A DNA stretch of 54,539 bases from Myxococcales bacterium (GCA_043747615.1 JAYTOU010000020.1:1-54539), one strand, 5' to 3'; shown: positions 9,190-20,005, counted from the first letter of the stretch. Notes: generated by a model from the sequence alone, not told the origin. Translations and numbers: made by a program.

Positions 9190-10083
9190 GTGCGACGTTT
9201 TCCGCGTTTCTGTGTGCCTGGGGCGGCAGCATGGATCGCCGTCTGCCTGACGGCGACGAGCGGCGTGGTCCATGCGCAAGGCCCCGGTACGACGCCCCTT
9301 GAACGCGGCCGCGCGGCGTGGGCCGAGGGGGAGTTCGACGTCGCCGAGACGCTCTTCAAGGAGGCGATCTCCAAAGGCGGTCTTACCCGCAAAGACGTAC
9401 TCGACGCGTACGTCCTCCTCGGGGCAACGCGGCTCATTTTGAAAAAGAACGAGCCCGCGCTCATTGCTTTTCGGATGGCCGGGCTCATCGACATGCGCTT
9501 CAAGACCCCACCAGAAGCCGGAAAAAAAGCGGCCGTTCTCGTCGAGAGCGCCAAGAAGCAGGACGCGCGGATCGGACAGCTTCAGATCCACGGGGCGGCG
9601 CCGCAGACGGTCCCCATCGGTCAGCCATTTACCGTGCGCGTCACCCTCGACGCCGGACACGCGGCCATCATTCGGCGGGTGGAGCTCAAGGTGTCCGACG
9701 GCCTCGGAACCAAGAGCTACGATCACGACGAGCCAAGCGCGACGGCGGTCGAGTTCACTGTCCCGGGCAACCTCGCACTTGCCGACACGACTCTCCTCCT
9801 GAAGCTCATTGGCCTCGACGCGCACGACAACCAACTGGTGATTGGCGAGGAGCACGTGAAAGTGGAGGCCGCCACCAACGGCATGGCGGTCGTGCCCGTC
9901 CGCCTTCCGAGGTCCGATCCAAAAAAAAAGGAAGACGGCAAAGGCGGCGGATTCTGGGCTTCGCCCTGGCCGTACGTGATCGGCGGTGCAGCGCTCGCTG
10001 CAGGCGGCGCGGCCGTCTACGTCGGGACGCGGCCGGGCGATCAAGTCTCTGTGAGCGCCGTCCGCGTTCAGGCGATTCGGTAA
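9190..10083 (+). CDS. Exported TPR-like protein with C-terminal hydrophobic segment
   Basis: Signal ending VHAQ, helical repeat (GRAAWAEGEFDVAETLF), FWASPWPYVIGGAALAAGG. Start uncertain. Confidence 0.6.
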   Translation: MRRFPRFCVPGAAAWIAVCLTATSGVVHAQGPGTTPLERGRAAWAEGEFDVAETLFKEAISKGGLTRKDVLDAYVLLGATRLILKKNEPALIAFRMAGLIDMRFKTPPEAGKKAAVLVESAKKQDARIGQLQIHGAAPQTVPIGQPFTVRVTLDAGHAAIIRRVELKVSDGLGTKSYDHDEPSATAVEFTVPGNLALADTTLLLKLIGLDAHDNQLVIGEEHVKVEAATNGMAVVPVRLPRSDPKKKEDGKGGGFWASPWPYVIGGAALAAGGAAVYVGTRPGDQVSVSAVRVQAIR

Positions 10084-10099
10084 CAAGGAGCATGCAGGT

Positions 10100-12586
10100 T
10101 TGGCCCAAGATCATCCCGCCCAGCGCCCTGAAATCAGCGGGGAACCGATGAGCGGAGCAGCGCCGGCTGACGCGCAAAAGGGGGGAACCTATTTCCTCGG
10201 GCGCTACCGCGTCGTCGATGAGATCGGCATTGGCGGCATGGCGAGCGTGCACCTTGCGCGCATGGACGGCCCGGGCGGTTTCCAAAAATGGGTCGCCATC
10301 AAGCGCATTCACTCGCACTTGGTCGAGGACGACTCGTTCATCCAGATGTTTCTCGACGAAGCGCGGGTCGCGGCGCGGATTTCTCATCCGAACGTGGCCA
10401 CCGTTTTCGATCTCGGTAAGCACGAGGAGACGTACTGGATCGCCATGGAGTACCTCCACGGGGAGCCCCTCCGTGAGGTGATGCGCCGGACCGAGGAGCT
10501 CGGCGCGCCAATGCCGCCAGAGATCGCGTGCCGGGTGATCGCCGATGCCGCCGAAGGTCTCCACGCCGCGCACGAGCTGCTCGGGAAAAACGGGGAGCAG
10601 ATGGGGCTCGTCCACCGCGACGTCACTCCCCACAACTTGTTCGTCACCTACGACGGCACCACGAAGGTCGTCGACTTCGGCATCGCGAAGTTCGCCTCGC
10701 GGATGTCGCAGACGCGCGCCGGAACGCTCAAGGGCAAGCTCGCGTACATGTCGCCCGAGCAAGTGCACGGCGAAACAATCGACCGTCGTACGGACATTTT
10801 CGCACTCGGGGTCGTGCTCTGGGAGCTGACGACTGGGCAGCGTCTTTTCCGCATGGAGAGCGATCTCGACACGCTCGCCAAGGTTCAAGAATGCAACGTC
10901 CCGCGACCGAGCACGCTGGTTCGTGGGTATCCGATCGACCTCGAAAAAATCGTAATGAAGGCGCTCGCGAAAAATCGCGGAGAGCGCTTCAAGACGGCCC
11001 GCGAATTCTCCCGTGCGCTGCAATCTCTCCTCATGCGGCGCGGTCTGTTCATCGCCAGCGACGAAGTTGCAGCCTACACGCACTCGATCTTCGCGGAACG
11101 CATCCAAAAGCGCGAGGCACACCTGCGCTGGGCAGCGGAAGTCACCCAGACGATCAACATCGAGAACGTTCTCTCCCCGCAGGTTCCAAAGAGCGTGGAG
11201 TCCTCCATCAGCTCGTTCAGCAGCAAGGAGCAGGCTGCGCCAACGGCGGTACAGCGTGGGGGCGGCGCTCTTGGGATTCCCAGGCCGGCGGCAGGGGCTC
11301 CGGCTCCCGCGCGAAAAGCCGACACCGTGCGTCCAGGGCCGGGGCGTCGCCAAGATTCCGTCCTGAACATGGCGAACACAGCGGAGACGCCTTCGTTCGA
11401 CGAAGACGGACCGACCATCCAGGGCGTCGGTCTCGATCCGGATACCAGCCTCGACGACGAGTTCGACGACGATGACGGCGACACGATCATCACCACTGCG
11501 CCGCGAGAGGGTCCTCTCTCTCGAGGAGGTGGTGCACCCCTGCCCGCCGCAGGGCGGCCTGCACCGTTAGCCGACAGCGGCGAAACGCAGGCTGCCGTGC
11601 CAGGGGCGTCACCAGGTAGGCCGGCACCCCAGCAAGGGCGCAATCCGTCGAGCCCCGCGGGATACCTACCGCAGCATGGAGAGCCGCAGCGGCCGATGCA
11701 GCCGCCTCCTCCGTACCAACTGAACTACAGCGCGCCCGATTTCGGCGGAGCGCCGAGCCAGCAGCAGCAGCAACAGCAGCTCTCCATGGCTCACACCGTT
11801 CGCGGAATGACCTCGCCGAGCGGGCCGAACGACTCCCTCCCCGCGGCGGCGATCGTGAATCCGGCGCTCGCTCCGCGTCCCCAGCCGCCAACGATGCACC
11901 GCATCTTCATTCCGAACGACGGCCGAACGATGACGGCGCAATCGTTTGCGAAGCGGGGTCTCCCCATGTGGGCGGTGGCCGTCGCGTCCGGCGTCGTTGC
12001 GCTCATCTTCGTTGCATTGATCTACATCATCCTCGCGCCGCACTCGCCGGTCGCACGGAAAGCCGTGGCCAGCAGCGGCTCTTCGAGTGCGAGTGGCGGC
12101 GCTCTCGTCCCGCTCGCAACGCCGAACCTGCTCTCGACGGGCCCCTTCGGCGGAGCGCGTACCGCTTTTTCTGCCGTCATCGCGCCTCCGGCGGTGATCC
12201 CTTCGCCGCTCCCGAAACCCACGGGGTCCGCTCCGCCGATCCCGCCGGCGAACGTGGACGTGAAGCCTCCTGCGCCCGCGCCCGCTCCACCGCCGGTGGC
12301 AGCCGACCCGAAACCAGCGCAGAGAGATCCTTCGCCGGCACCCGCCCCTCCGCGACCCGCGCCGAAGGCCGCGCAGGGCTTTCTCACGGTCGTGTGCAAG
12401 CCCGCATGCGATCAGGTCTTCGACAACGGAAAGTCTCTCGGGCCGTCGCCGATTTTCCGTCAAGCCGTTAGCGTGGGTGAGCACCGCTTGCAGTTCATGA
12501 CTGCCAGTCCGCGCGTCACCAAAGTGGTCAGCACGATCATCTCCGCCGATGAGCTAAAAGTGCAGACGGTAACGATGACGCCATGA
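10100..12586 (+). CDS. Membrane Hanks-type Ser/Thr protein kinase with PEGA-like C-terminus
   Basis: IGIGGMASV, VAIK, HRDVTPHN, DFG, YMSPE; TM helix; Pro-rich linker; AAGGAG upstream. Confidence 0.93.
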   Translation: MAQDHPAQRPEISGEPMSGAAPADAQKGGTYFLGRYRVVDEIGIGGMASVHLARMDGPGGFQKWVAIKRIHSHLVEDDSFIQMFLDEARVAARISHPNVATVFDLGKHEETYWIAMEYLHGEPLREVMRRTEELGAPMPPEIACRVIADAAEGLHAAHELLGKNGEQMGLVHRDVTPHNLFVTYDGTTKVVDFGIAKFASRMSQTRAGTLKGKLAYMSPEQVHGETIDRRTDIFALGVVLWELTTGQRLFRMESDLDTLAKVQECNVPRPSTLVRGYPIDLEKIVMKALAKNRGERFKTAREFSRALQSLLMRRGLFIASDEVAAYTHSIFAERIQKREAHLRWAAEVTQTINIENVLSPQVPKSVESSISSFSSKEQAAPTAVQRGGGALGIPRPAAGAPAPARKADTVRPGPGRRQDSVLNMANTAETPSFDEDGPTIQGVGLDPDTSLDDEFDDDDGDTIITTAPREGPLSRGGGAPLPAAGRPAPLADSGETQAAVPGASPGRPAPQQGRNPSSPAGYLPQHGEPQRPMQPPPPYQLNYSAPDFGGAPSQQQQQQQLSMAHTVRGMTSPSGPNDSLPAAAIVNPALAPRPQPPTMHRIFIPNDGRTMTAQSFAKRGLPMWAVAVASGVVALIFVALIYIILAPHSPVARKAVASSGSSSASGGALVPLATPNLLSTGPFGGARTAFSAVIAPPAVIPSPLPKPTGSAPPIPPANVDVKPPAPAPAPPPVAADPKPAQRDPSPAPAPPRPAPKAAQGFLTVVCKPACDQVFDNGKSLGPSPIFRQAVSVGEHRLQFMTASPRVTKVVSTIISADELKVQTVTMTP

Positions 12587-12587
12587 A

Positions 12588-12675
12588 GCCGCGCGGCGAA
12601 TGAGCGCGTTGAGGCCGCGCGGCGAATGAGCGCGTTGAGGCCACTCGGCGAATGAGCGCGTTGAGGCCACGCGGC
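12588..12675 (+). repeat. 26-bp tandem repeat, 3 full copies plus a partial copy
   Basis: Unit GCCGCGCGGCGAATGAGCGCGTTGAG at 12588 and 12614; variant at 12640; partial at 12666. Confidence 0.95.
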
Positions 12676-14340
12676 ATCGCACGCGTCACTCTCGCTTTTT
12701 TGGCGTTGGGACCGGGCGTGACCGGAGCGGCGTGCAACCGGAAGCCTTCGGTCTCCTTCGAGCTCGACGTGCCTGGCGATATTGTCAACCGCGCTACGTG
12801 GTACGAAATTGGCGCGTTCCCCGGAGCGAGCTGTCCCCCCGCGGCGCAGCTCACCGGCGGCATCCCTTCCACCGGCGCTACAGCGCGCTTGGCATTCCCG
12901 AAAACGAGCAAAAGCCCGCCTGGACTAGGCGATCTCCCTCGTGGCTCGTACGCCTTCGCGGCGGTCGCCAAGGCAGACGATTGCACCGTTCTCGCCGTGG
13001 GCTGCTCGGTGGTCGATGTCGGAAGCGCGAGCGCAATCACCATTGCCCTCCGCCCCGTCGACAATCCCACCGGCGCGTGTGTCAACGGAACAATCTGCCA
13101 AGTCGCGCAGTGCATTCCGTCAACGGACAACAGCGATCCCAGCGTCGGCAGCGGGTGCTCCCTCCAGCTCATGGGAGCGGGACCGCTCGGCGATCCGCTG
13201 ACCATGGGAACGACGATCGCGAGCGGCCCGGCGATCGCCGTGACGAGCACGGGCTTCGTGATCAGCTACCGCGAGTTCGATTCGCTCGCGGGCGCGGGAC
13301 GTCTCACGTTCTTGCCGATCGACAACGGCGGAGGCGCGCTCCCACCGCACGTGGAAACGCTTCCCGATCGGTGCAGCGGATCCGAGGAAGGCGACGCGGT
13401 TGGTATGGCGTTCCATGGCGACACGGGCCTCGCCGTCGTCGCGCGCGCACCATGCAACAAGACAGGCGGCTTCGATCTCTATCTCGTCGACGCCACCGGC
13501 AACGTCACCAAGTCTGGTCAGGAGCTGAGCCCCTCTCTTGCTACGTCGGTGCTGCGACTCTCGCAGTCGCATGCCGTCGCTCCGGTGCCGGGGGGAGCGG
13601 GATATTTCGTGGGCTTCACCAAGGACGCGCAGGCGCTCCTCGATCTGTCGGCGGGGCCGAGGTTCTCTGGGGCGGCGGTGCCGTTCGGTGGCGCGCCTCC
13701 GCACAACGATGCTTGGGTCGCCTCGAGCAGCAACGTCTTTGCGCTGATGACCAGCGTCGACGGCACCGCGCCGGTGGCGGACGCAGGCAGTGACGCGGCC
13801 CCTCCCCCAGACGCGGGAAGCGGTGGCGGCGTTCTTCATCTTCACGTTGCGGCCGCAGGGGCAAGCGCGGCGAGCCTTCCTCCGCCGATTGAATTCCCCG
13901 GGACATGGGGATCACTCGCCGCGGAAGGAAGCCGCGTGGTCGTCGCGAGCGGGAGCAGCGACGTCGGAAAACCGATGACGTTTCGCGCGTTCGATCTCGG
14001 CGGAGCAGCGGCAAAAGTAACCGATGGCTTCACCCCGTCGGGTCTCGGGAAGATCATCTACGCCGACGTCGCGCTTCATCAAGATTTCATGTTCTTCGCG
14101 ATCGAGCAGCCAAGCGCGATCTCGCTCGTCGCCTACAAGAAGGCATCGACCACGCCCTCTTTCGTTCGAGAGATCCTCCTGGGCAGCGACCCGCGGATCC
14201 CTTCACTGCTGCTAGTGCGCGACGGAAGAGTCGCGGTAGCTGCATCGGACACCCGCGTCGCAGTGACGTGGATCACCGGGCGATCGCTGACGCCAAACGA
14301 CGCCGTCGGTGGCTACGCAGTTTTCGCTTGCAGGCCATGA
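12652..14340 (+). CDS. Secreted Cys-rich lipoprotein, hypothetical
   Basis: GAAC lipobox-like motif, Cys-rich segment, DAG linkers, ATGA overlap with the next gene. Confidence 0.7.
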   Translation: MSALRPRGIARVTLAFLALGPGVTGAACNRKPSVSFELDVPGDIVNRATWYEIGAFPGASCPPAAQLTGGIPSTGATARLAFPKTSKSPPGLGDLPRGSYAFAAVAKADDCTVLAVGCSVVDVGSASAITIALRPVDNPTGACVNGTICQVAQCIPSTDNSDPSVGSGCSLQLMGAGPLGDPLTMGTTIASGPAIAVTSTGFVISYREFDSLAGAGRLTFLPIDNGGGALPPHVETLPDRCSGSEEGDAVGMAFHGDTGLAVVARAPCNKTGGFDLYLVDATGNVTKSGQELSPSLATSVLRLSQSHAVAPVPGGAGYFVGFTKDAQALLDLSAGPRFSGAAVPFGGAPPHNDAWVASSSNVFALMTSVDGTAPVADAGSDAAPPPDAGSGGGVLHLHVAAAGASAASLPPPIEFPGTWGSLAAEGSRVVVASGSSDVGKPMTFRAFDLGGAAAKVTDGFTPSGLGKIIYADVALHQDFMFFAIEQPSAISLVAYKKASTTPSFVREILLGSDPRIPSLLLVRDGRVAVAASDTRVAVTWITGRSLTPNDAVGGYAVFACRP

Positions 14341-15665
14341 GTCGACCGACCCGGAGGCAGACCCTGGACGCGTTGAGCGTAACCGAGCTGTGCCCGGGCG
14401 GCGACGGTGTGGCGATCGTCGAGCACGACGGCGAGCGTCGCGCGGTCTTTCTGCGCGGAGTGGCGGCAGGGGATCGCGTACGGGCCGACGTGGACTTTGC
14501 GCACCGACCAGCGCGAGGACGGGTGCTCGAGGTCCTAAGCGGCGGAACCGAGCGCGTCGTCCCCGCCTGCGCGTACGTCGCTCGATGCGGCGGATGCGAC
14601 TGGATGCACGTCTCGTCCAAGGGGCGGGAGGCGGCCCACGTCGATCACCTGCGTCGTGCGCTTCCGGCGGCGTGGCGCGAGCAGACCATCCGCTTCCACC
14701 CGGCCTCAGCGTCACTCGGCTACCGCACGCGCGCTCGCGTCCACGCACGCGCATCGGGAGGGCGAGCGATCGTCGGCATGAATGCCGCGCGCTCGAACGA
14801 GCCGGTGGAGGTCGACGCCTGCGTGATTCTCGACCCGGTGATCGAGCTGGCGCGGCAGAAGCTCGCCTCGTACTTCGATGGTGCTCATGGCGACGGAGAC
14901 GTGCAGCTCGCCCGCAGCCGCGCCGACAGAGCGGTGCTCGAAGTGCGCTGGAGCGGGTCGCTCCCGCCGTCTTTCTATGCGCGAATGGAGGCCGCGGTGA
15001 AGGCCGAAGAGATCGCGGGCGCCCGCGTCTTCAGCGGAAAAACAAGCCGTCCGGCACTGATCGGTGATCCGACCCCGTGGATGCGTGCAGGCGATGACCT
15101 CCCGCTCGAGCTCGCGCCGGGTGGGTTCGCGCAGGCGTCGGAGGCGGGCAATCGGATCCTCGTTACGCGGGTGGACGCACTGGCGGCGAGCGCGCTCAAG
15201 GGTGACCCCTCACACTCACGCATCATCGAGCTCTACGCGGGAGCGGGCAACCTCACAGTCCTCCTCGCGAAGCGCGCCGACACGTACGTCGCCGTCGAAT
15301 CGGATCGCGACGGCTGTCGCGCTGCCGAGAACAACCTGCGCACGCGAGGCCTGCGGGCGAAGGTCGTCGAAGCTGACGCGGACAGCTATGCCCTGCCGCG
15401 AGGCACGCATCTCGTGGTCCTTGATCCTCCGCGCACCGGCGCGCGCGCTGTCGCCGAACGCCTTGCTTCCAGCCTCATTCGCAGTGTCATCTACGTGTCG
15501 TGTGATCCTCAGACCCTCGGTCGCGATCTGGCCATTCTCGCTCCGGCCTACCGGGCGATCGAAATCGAAGCGTTCGAGATGTTTCCGCAAACGAGCCACG
15601 TCGAAGCGGTGGTGCTCCTCGAATCGACGAGCCGCGATGGGAAGAAAAAGGCGAGCGTCATATGA
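14337..15665 (+). CDS. RNA (uracil-5)-methyltransferase, RlmD/TrmA family
   Basis: TRAM-like N-terminus, CAYVARCGGC Fe-S motif, ELYAGAG, LDPPR, YVSC, MFPQTSHVE. Confidence 0.9.
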   Translation: MSRPTRRQTLDALSVTELCPGGDGVAIVEHDGERRAVFLRGVAAGDRVRADVDFAHRPARGRVLEVLSGGTERVVPACAYVARCGGCDWMHVSSKGREAAHVDHLRRALPAAWREQTIRFHPASASLGYRTRARVHARASGGRAIVGMNAARSNEPVEVDACVILDPVIELARQKLASYFDGAHGDGDVQLARSRADRAVLEVRWSGSLPPSFYARMEAAVKAEEIAGARVFSGKTSRPALIGDPTPWMRAGDDLPLELAPGGFAQASEAGNRILVTRVDALAASALKGDPSHSRIIELYAGAGNLTVLLAKRADTYVAVESDRDGCRAAENNLRTRGLRAKVVEADADSYALPRGTHLVVLDPPRTGARAVAERLASSLIRSVIYVSCDPQTLGRDLAILAPAYRAIEIEAFEMFPQTSHVEAVVLLESTSRDGKKKASVI

Positions 15666-15859
15666 AAACGCGTGTCGACCTTACTCTTCTCGACGAGACC
15701 GCTCGTTTTCAATTGCGATTCGCGTGCGAAGACTGCTCCCATTTCGACGAGCCGAGCGACGTCTGCAACCACGGCTACCCGAGTGAGCCCCGCCGTACGG
15801 ATCTGGCTAAAGATGTCGTTGTATTCTGCAAAGAGTTCGAGATCGGGGGGGTCGCGTGA
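15662..15859 (+). CDS. Small Cys/His-rich protein (65 aa)
   Basis: CEDCSHF...CNHG...FCKEFE; overlaps both neighbours by 4 nt. Confidence 0.7.
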   Translation: MKTRVDLTLLDETARFQLRFACEDCSHFDEPSDVCNHGYPSEPRRTDLAKDVVVFCKEFEIGGVA

Positions 15860-16740
15860 CACGCTCGCATCCGCCCGCCCTCCTGACCCTTGCACTCCGC
15901 ACCATCAAAGACGAGAAGCTATTTTCAGGGGGCGATCGCGTGCTCGTGGCCGTGAGCGGCGGGCCCGACTCCATGGCGCTTTTCCACGTGCTCGCGATTC
16001 TGCGGGACGACGTCGGGCACGTTCTGTTTGCCCACGGCGTCGATCACGGTCTTAGACCCGAAGCTTCTCTCGAGTTGGACGCGGCTGCGGAATTCGCGCG
16101 GACCCTCGACGTTCCTTTCAATCGCACCTCGATCGATGTCGCCAAAGGTGGAAACCTCCAGGCACGTGCGCGAAGAGGTCGCTACGACGCGCTCGAGGCC
16201 GCCGCTCGGGTGGTTTCTGCGAGCGTCATCGCCACCGGTCACCACGCCGACGATCGCGCCGAGACGGTGCTCATACGACTCCTGCGCGGCTCGGGCCCAC
16301 TCGGTCTCGCGGCGCTGCCCCCACGCTCGTCGCCTTCCGCGTCTTCGAGTCTTCCCCGAATCCGTCCGTTCGTTCGCGCCACGCGCCAGGCCATCCTCGA
16401 TCACGGCGCACGCCACGCCATTCCGTTCGCCCGCGATCCGTCGAACAGCGACGCGCGCTACCTCCGGTCTCGAGTTCGGAGCGAGCTCCTCCCCCTCCTG
16501 AAAACCCTGAGCCCCAACATCGTCGAGCATCTTTGTGCACTGGCCGACCAGCTCCAAGCCACGCGCGGTGAGGCTACCCACATCTACCCACTTCCACGCG
16601 CAACGCAGGACGCTTTGGCGGCCCTACGAGGCACTCGCTCCCGAAAAGCGCGGGTCCAACTGCCGGGAGGCCTTGTCGCAACCTATGATCAGCCGCAGGT
16701 TCTTCAGGTGGCGAGGGACGCGCGCCGCCGTGCTCGCTAA
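15856..16740 (+). CDS. tilS: tRNA(Ile)-lysidine synthetase, short form
   Basis: VAVSGGPDS, VDHGLR, ATGHHADDRAET, DPSN; directly upstream of ftsH. Confidence 0.92.
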   Translation: MTRSHPPALLTLALRTIKDEKLFSGGDRVLVAVSGGPDSMALFHVLAILRDDVGHVLFAHGVDHGLRPEASLELDAAAEFARTLDVPFNRTSIDVAKGGNLQARARRGRYDALEAAARVVSASVIATGHHADDRAETVLIRLLRGSGPLGLAALPPRSSPSASSSLPRIRPFVRATRQAILDHGARHAIPFARDPSNSDARYLRSRVRSELLPLLKTLSPNIVEHLCALADQLQATRGEATHIYPLPRATQDALAALRGTRSRKARVQLPGGLVATYDQPQVLQVARDARRRAR

Positions 16741-16849
16741 CGGAATCCGCCTTGTGGATGCCTCCCTCGTTCGATGATACGCCTTCATTCTCCGTCTTTT
16801 ATCGGTCCAACGGGCCCCCGCTAGCTGAGAGCCCTCTCGAGGTCAAAAC

Positions 16850-18793
16850 GTGAAGCAATCGCATAAGACGCTCCTCCTTTGGGTTTTGCTGATTCTGATG
16901 TTCCTGGCGATCTGGCAGTTTCTTAGCCCGGCCGACAAAAAGCAGACGATTGCATTCAGCGAATTCCTGAACGAGGTCCACGCCGGCCACGTCGACGAGA
17001 TCCACATCAAGGATCGCGAATACGTCTTCCGCGTGCACACGGCAGACGCGTCGAAGGTCACCCAGCAGAAGGAGACCGTCGGACCGATCGCCGACGAGGC
17101 CATGCGAGCCACGCTCCGCCCCGAGGACAAGAACCTCCCCGCGCCGAAAATTTATTGGGAGAAAGAGGAGAACACTCCGTTCTGGTCGAGCACCCTCATC
17201 ACCCTCCTGCCGATGCTCTTCATCGGCGTGATGTTCTTCCTCTTCATGCGTCAGCTTCAGGCGGGTGGTGGCAAGGCCATGAGCTTCGGCAAAGCCAAAG
17301 CCCGGATGCTGAGCGACTCCGCGAACAAGGTCACGTTCGCCGACGTGGCGGGCGTCGACGAAGCGAAGGACGAAGTCGAAGAGATCATCGCGTTCCTGAA
17401 GGACCCGAAGAAATTTCAGCGCCTCGGCGGTCGCATCCCGAAGGGCGTGCTCATGATCGGGCCTCCGGGTACTGGAAAAACGCTTCTCGCCCGGGCCATC
17501 GCGGGTGAGGCCGGGGTGCCCTTCTTCAGCATCTCTGGGTCGGACTTCGTGGAGATGTTCGTCGGCGTCGGCGCGAGCCGAGTGCGCGATCTCTTCGAGC
17601 AGGGGAAAAAGCATGCGCCCTGCATCATCTTCATCGACGAGATCGACGCGGTCGGTCGTCATCGTGGCGCAGGCCTCGGGGGCGGTCACGACGAGCGCGA
17701 GCAGACGCTGAACCAGCTCCTCGTGGAGATGGACGGCTTCGAGTCGAACGAAGGTGTGATCATCATCGCGGCAACCAACCGCCCCGACGTGCTCGATCCC
17801 GCGATTCTTCGCCCCGGACGCTTCGACCGACGGATCACCGTCACTCGGCCCGACGTACGCGGTCGCGAGGCGATTCTTCGCGTACACGCTAAAAAGACTC
17901 CGCTGGCCGCCGACGTCGACATGGAGATCATCGCCCGCGGAACGCCTGGCTTCACGGGCGCCGATCTCGAAAACCTCGTCAACGAAGCCGCCCTCCTTGC
18001 CGCGCGGCAAGACAAAGACGCGCTCTCAATGGCCGACTTCGAAATGGCGAAGGACAAGGTTTACATGGGCACCGAGCGCCGCTCCATGCTCATCAGCGAC
18101 GAAGAGAAGCGGAACACCGCCATCCACGAGGCCGGTCACACGCTCATCTCCATCCTCATCAATCACCAGGATCCGGTCCACAAGGTCACCATCATTCCCC
18201 GCGGCCCGGCCCTCGGCGTGACCTGGTACCTTCCCAAGGACGACCGCCACAACCTCTCGAAGGAGCAGGCAGAGTCGAGCATCGCCGTTGCCCTCGGCGG
18301 GCGAATCGCCGAAGAGGTCATCTACGGGCGGCTCACGACCGGCGCCGGAAACGACCTCGAGCGCGCGACGGAAATCGCCCACAAGATGGTGTGCGAGTGG
18401 GGAATGAGCGAGAGGCTCGGACCCCTCACCTACGGCAAGAAGGAAGAGCAAGTCTTCCTCGGCCGCGACTACGGCCAGCGCCAGCAGGATTACTCTGAGC
18501 AGACGGCCGTCGAAATCGACCAGGAAGTACGGGCCATCGTGGGCAGGCAGTACACGAAGGTGAAGCAGCTCCTCGGCGCCGCGACCGACAAGCTCGAATC
18601 CCTCGCCAACGCGCTCATCGAGCGCGAGACGCTCGACGCCGAAGAAATCAAGGCCGTGTTCGATGGCCGCGAGCTTCCCAAGCGCGAGAAGATCATCATC
18701 GTGAGCTACGCAGACAAAGAAAAAGCCGCGAAAGAGAAGCGCAAGGTCGCAAGCATCTTCGGCGGCCCGCCGAAACCTGCCACAAGCGGGTGA
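16850..18793 (+). CDS. ftsH: ATP-dependent zinc metalloprotease FtsH
   Basis: Two TM helices, [26 protein letters not shown]. Confidence 0.98.
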   Translation: MKQSHKTLLLWVLLILMFLAIWQFLSPADKKQTIAFSEFLNEVHAGHVDEIHIKDREYVFRVHTADASKVTQQKETVGPIADEAMRATLRPEDKNLPAPKIYWEKEENTPFWSSTLITLLPMLFIGVMFFLFMRQLQAGGGKAMSFGKAKARMLSDSANKVTFADVAGVDEAKDEVEEIIAFLKDPKKFQRLGGRIPKGVLMIGPPGTGKTLLARAIAGEAGVPFFSISGSDFVEMFVGVGASRVRDLFEQGKKHAPCIIFIDEIDAVGRHRGAGLGGGHDEREQTLNQLLVEMDGFESNEGVIIIAATNRPDVLDPAILRPGRFDRRITVTRPDVRGREAILRVHAKKTPLAADVDMEIIARGTPGFTGADLENLVNEAALLAARQDKDALSMADFEMAKDKVYMGTERRSMLISDEEKRNTAIHEAGHTLISILINHQDPVHKVTIIPRGPALGVTWYLPKDDRHNLSKEQAESSIAVALGGRIAEEVIYGRLTTGAGNDLERATEIAHKMVCEWGMSERLGPLTYGKKEEQVFLGRDYGQRQQDYSEQTAVEIDQEVRAIVGRQYTKVKQLLGAATDKLESLANALIERETLDAEEIKAVFDGRELPKREKIIIVSYADKEKAAKEKRKVASIFGGPPKPATSG

Positions 18794-18799
18794 GCGACC

Positions 18800-18864
18800 C
18801 CGTCTAGCGCGACCGTCTAGCGCGATGGCCTGGCGCAACCGTCTGGCGCAACCGTCTGACGCAA
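18800..18864 (+). repeat. Degenerate 13-bp tandem repeat, 5 copies
   Basis: CCGTCTAGCGCGA x2, TGGCCTGGCGCAA, CCGTCTGGCGCAA, CCGTCTGACGCAA. Confidence 0.85.
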
Positions 18865-18985
18865 CTGCGGCGTACCCTCGAAAGAGGAGTGCGCCGCAGC
18901 TGTTTTGTGCTCTTGCGAGACACTTCAGCCGGGACTACGTTTCGCGGTCCCCGCGTCGAAACTCGAGAAAAGGAGCACCCGGCAC

Positions 18986-20005
18986 ATGGCTACGAAAATT
19001 GCGATCAACGGCTTCGGACGTATTGGTCGCTGCATCGTTCGCGCGATCGCCGATCGCGGCATCAAGGACCTCGAGCTCGTCGCCATCAATGATCTGACGG
19101 ACGCAAAAACGCTCGGTCACCTCTACAACTACGACACGGTTCACGGACGCGCGAAGCACCCCGTGAAGTGCCACGAGGGCACGCTCGAGTTCGCGTTTGG
19201 GCACGCCAAGATTCTCGCCGAGAGGGATCCGGCGAAGCTTCCGTGGAAGGAGCTCGGGGTCGACGTCGTGCTCGAGTGCACCGGCCTCTTCACCGAGCGC
19301 GACAAGGCAGCTCTTCATCTCACGGCGGGCGCGAAAAAGGTGCTCCTCAGCGCGCCGGCCAAGGGTCAGGACGCGACCATTGTCCTCGGCGTGAACGGCG
19401 AGACCTACGACGCTGCGAAGCATCACATCTTGTCCAACGGCTCGTGCACCACGAACTGCCTCGCCCCCGTAGCGAAGGTGATCCTCGACAACTTCGGCAT
19501 CAAGCAGGGCCTGATGACGACGGTGCACTCCTACACGAACGATCAGTCGGTCCTCGACATCCCCCACCGCAAGGGCGATCTCCGGCGCGCGCGAGCGGCA
19601 GCGATGAACATCATTCCCTCCTCGACCGGCGCGGCGAAAGCGCTCGCCGAAGTCATCCCGGCGCTCAAAGGAAAGTTCGACGGCCTCTCGCTCCGCGTTC
19701 CCACGATGGACGTGAGCGTGGTCGATTTGACGCTCGAGACAGAGAAGGCTGTCACCAAGGAAGCTCTGCACGCGTTGATGAAGGCGGCCTCGGAAAAAGG
19801 GCCCTTGAAGGACATCCTCGGCTACACGGAGGAGCAGCTCGTTTCGAGCGATTTCATTGGCGATCCGCGCTCCTCCGTCTTCGACGGCACGCTCACTCAG
19901 GTGATGGGCGATCGGTTCCTCAAGGTCTTCAGCTGGTACGACAACGAGTGGGGATTCTCCAACCGAATGGTGGAGCTCGCTCAGCTCGTCTCGTCCAAAC
20001 TCTGA
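18986..20005 (+). CDS. gap: Glyceraldehyde-3-phosphate dehydrogenase, type I
   Basis: INGFGRIGR, SCTTNCLAP, WYDNEWG; AAGGAG RBS. Confidence 0.98.
   Translation: MATKIAINGFGRIGRCIVRAIADRGIKDLELVAINDLTDAKTLGHLYNYDTVHGRAKHPVKCHEGTLEFAFGHAKILAERDPAKLPWKELGVDVVLECTGLFTERDKAALHLTAGAKKVLLSAPAKGQDATIVLGVNGETYDAAKHHILSNGSCTTNCLAPVAKVILDNFGIKQGLMTTVHSYTNDQSVLDIPHRKGDLRRARAAAMNIIPSSTGAAKALAEVIPALKGKFDGLSLRVPTMDVSVVDLTLETEKAVTKEALHALMKAASEKGPLKDILGYTEEQLVSSDFIGDPRSSVFDGTLTQVMGDRFLKVFSWYDNEWGFSNRMVELAQLVSSKL

Noticed and set aside
12588..18864. The two tandem repeats as CRISPR arrays
   Set aside because: Units abut with no unique spacers, and no cas genes are present.
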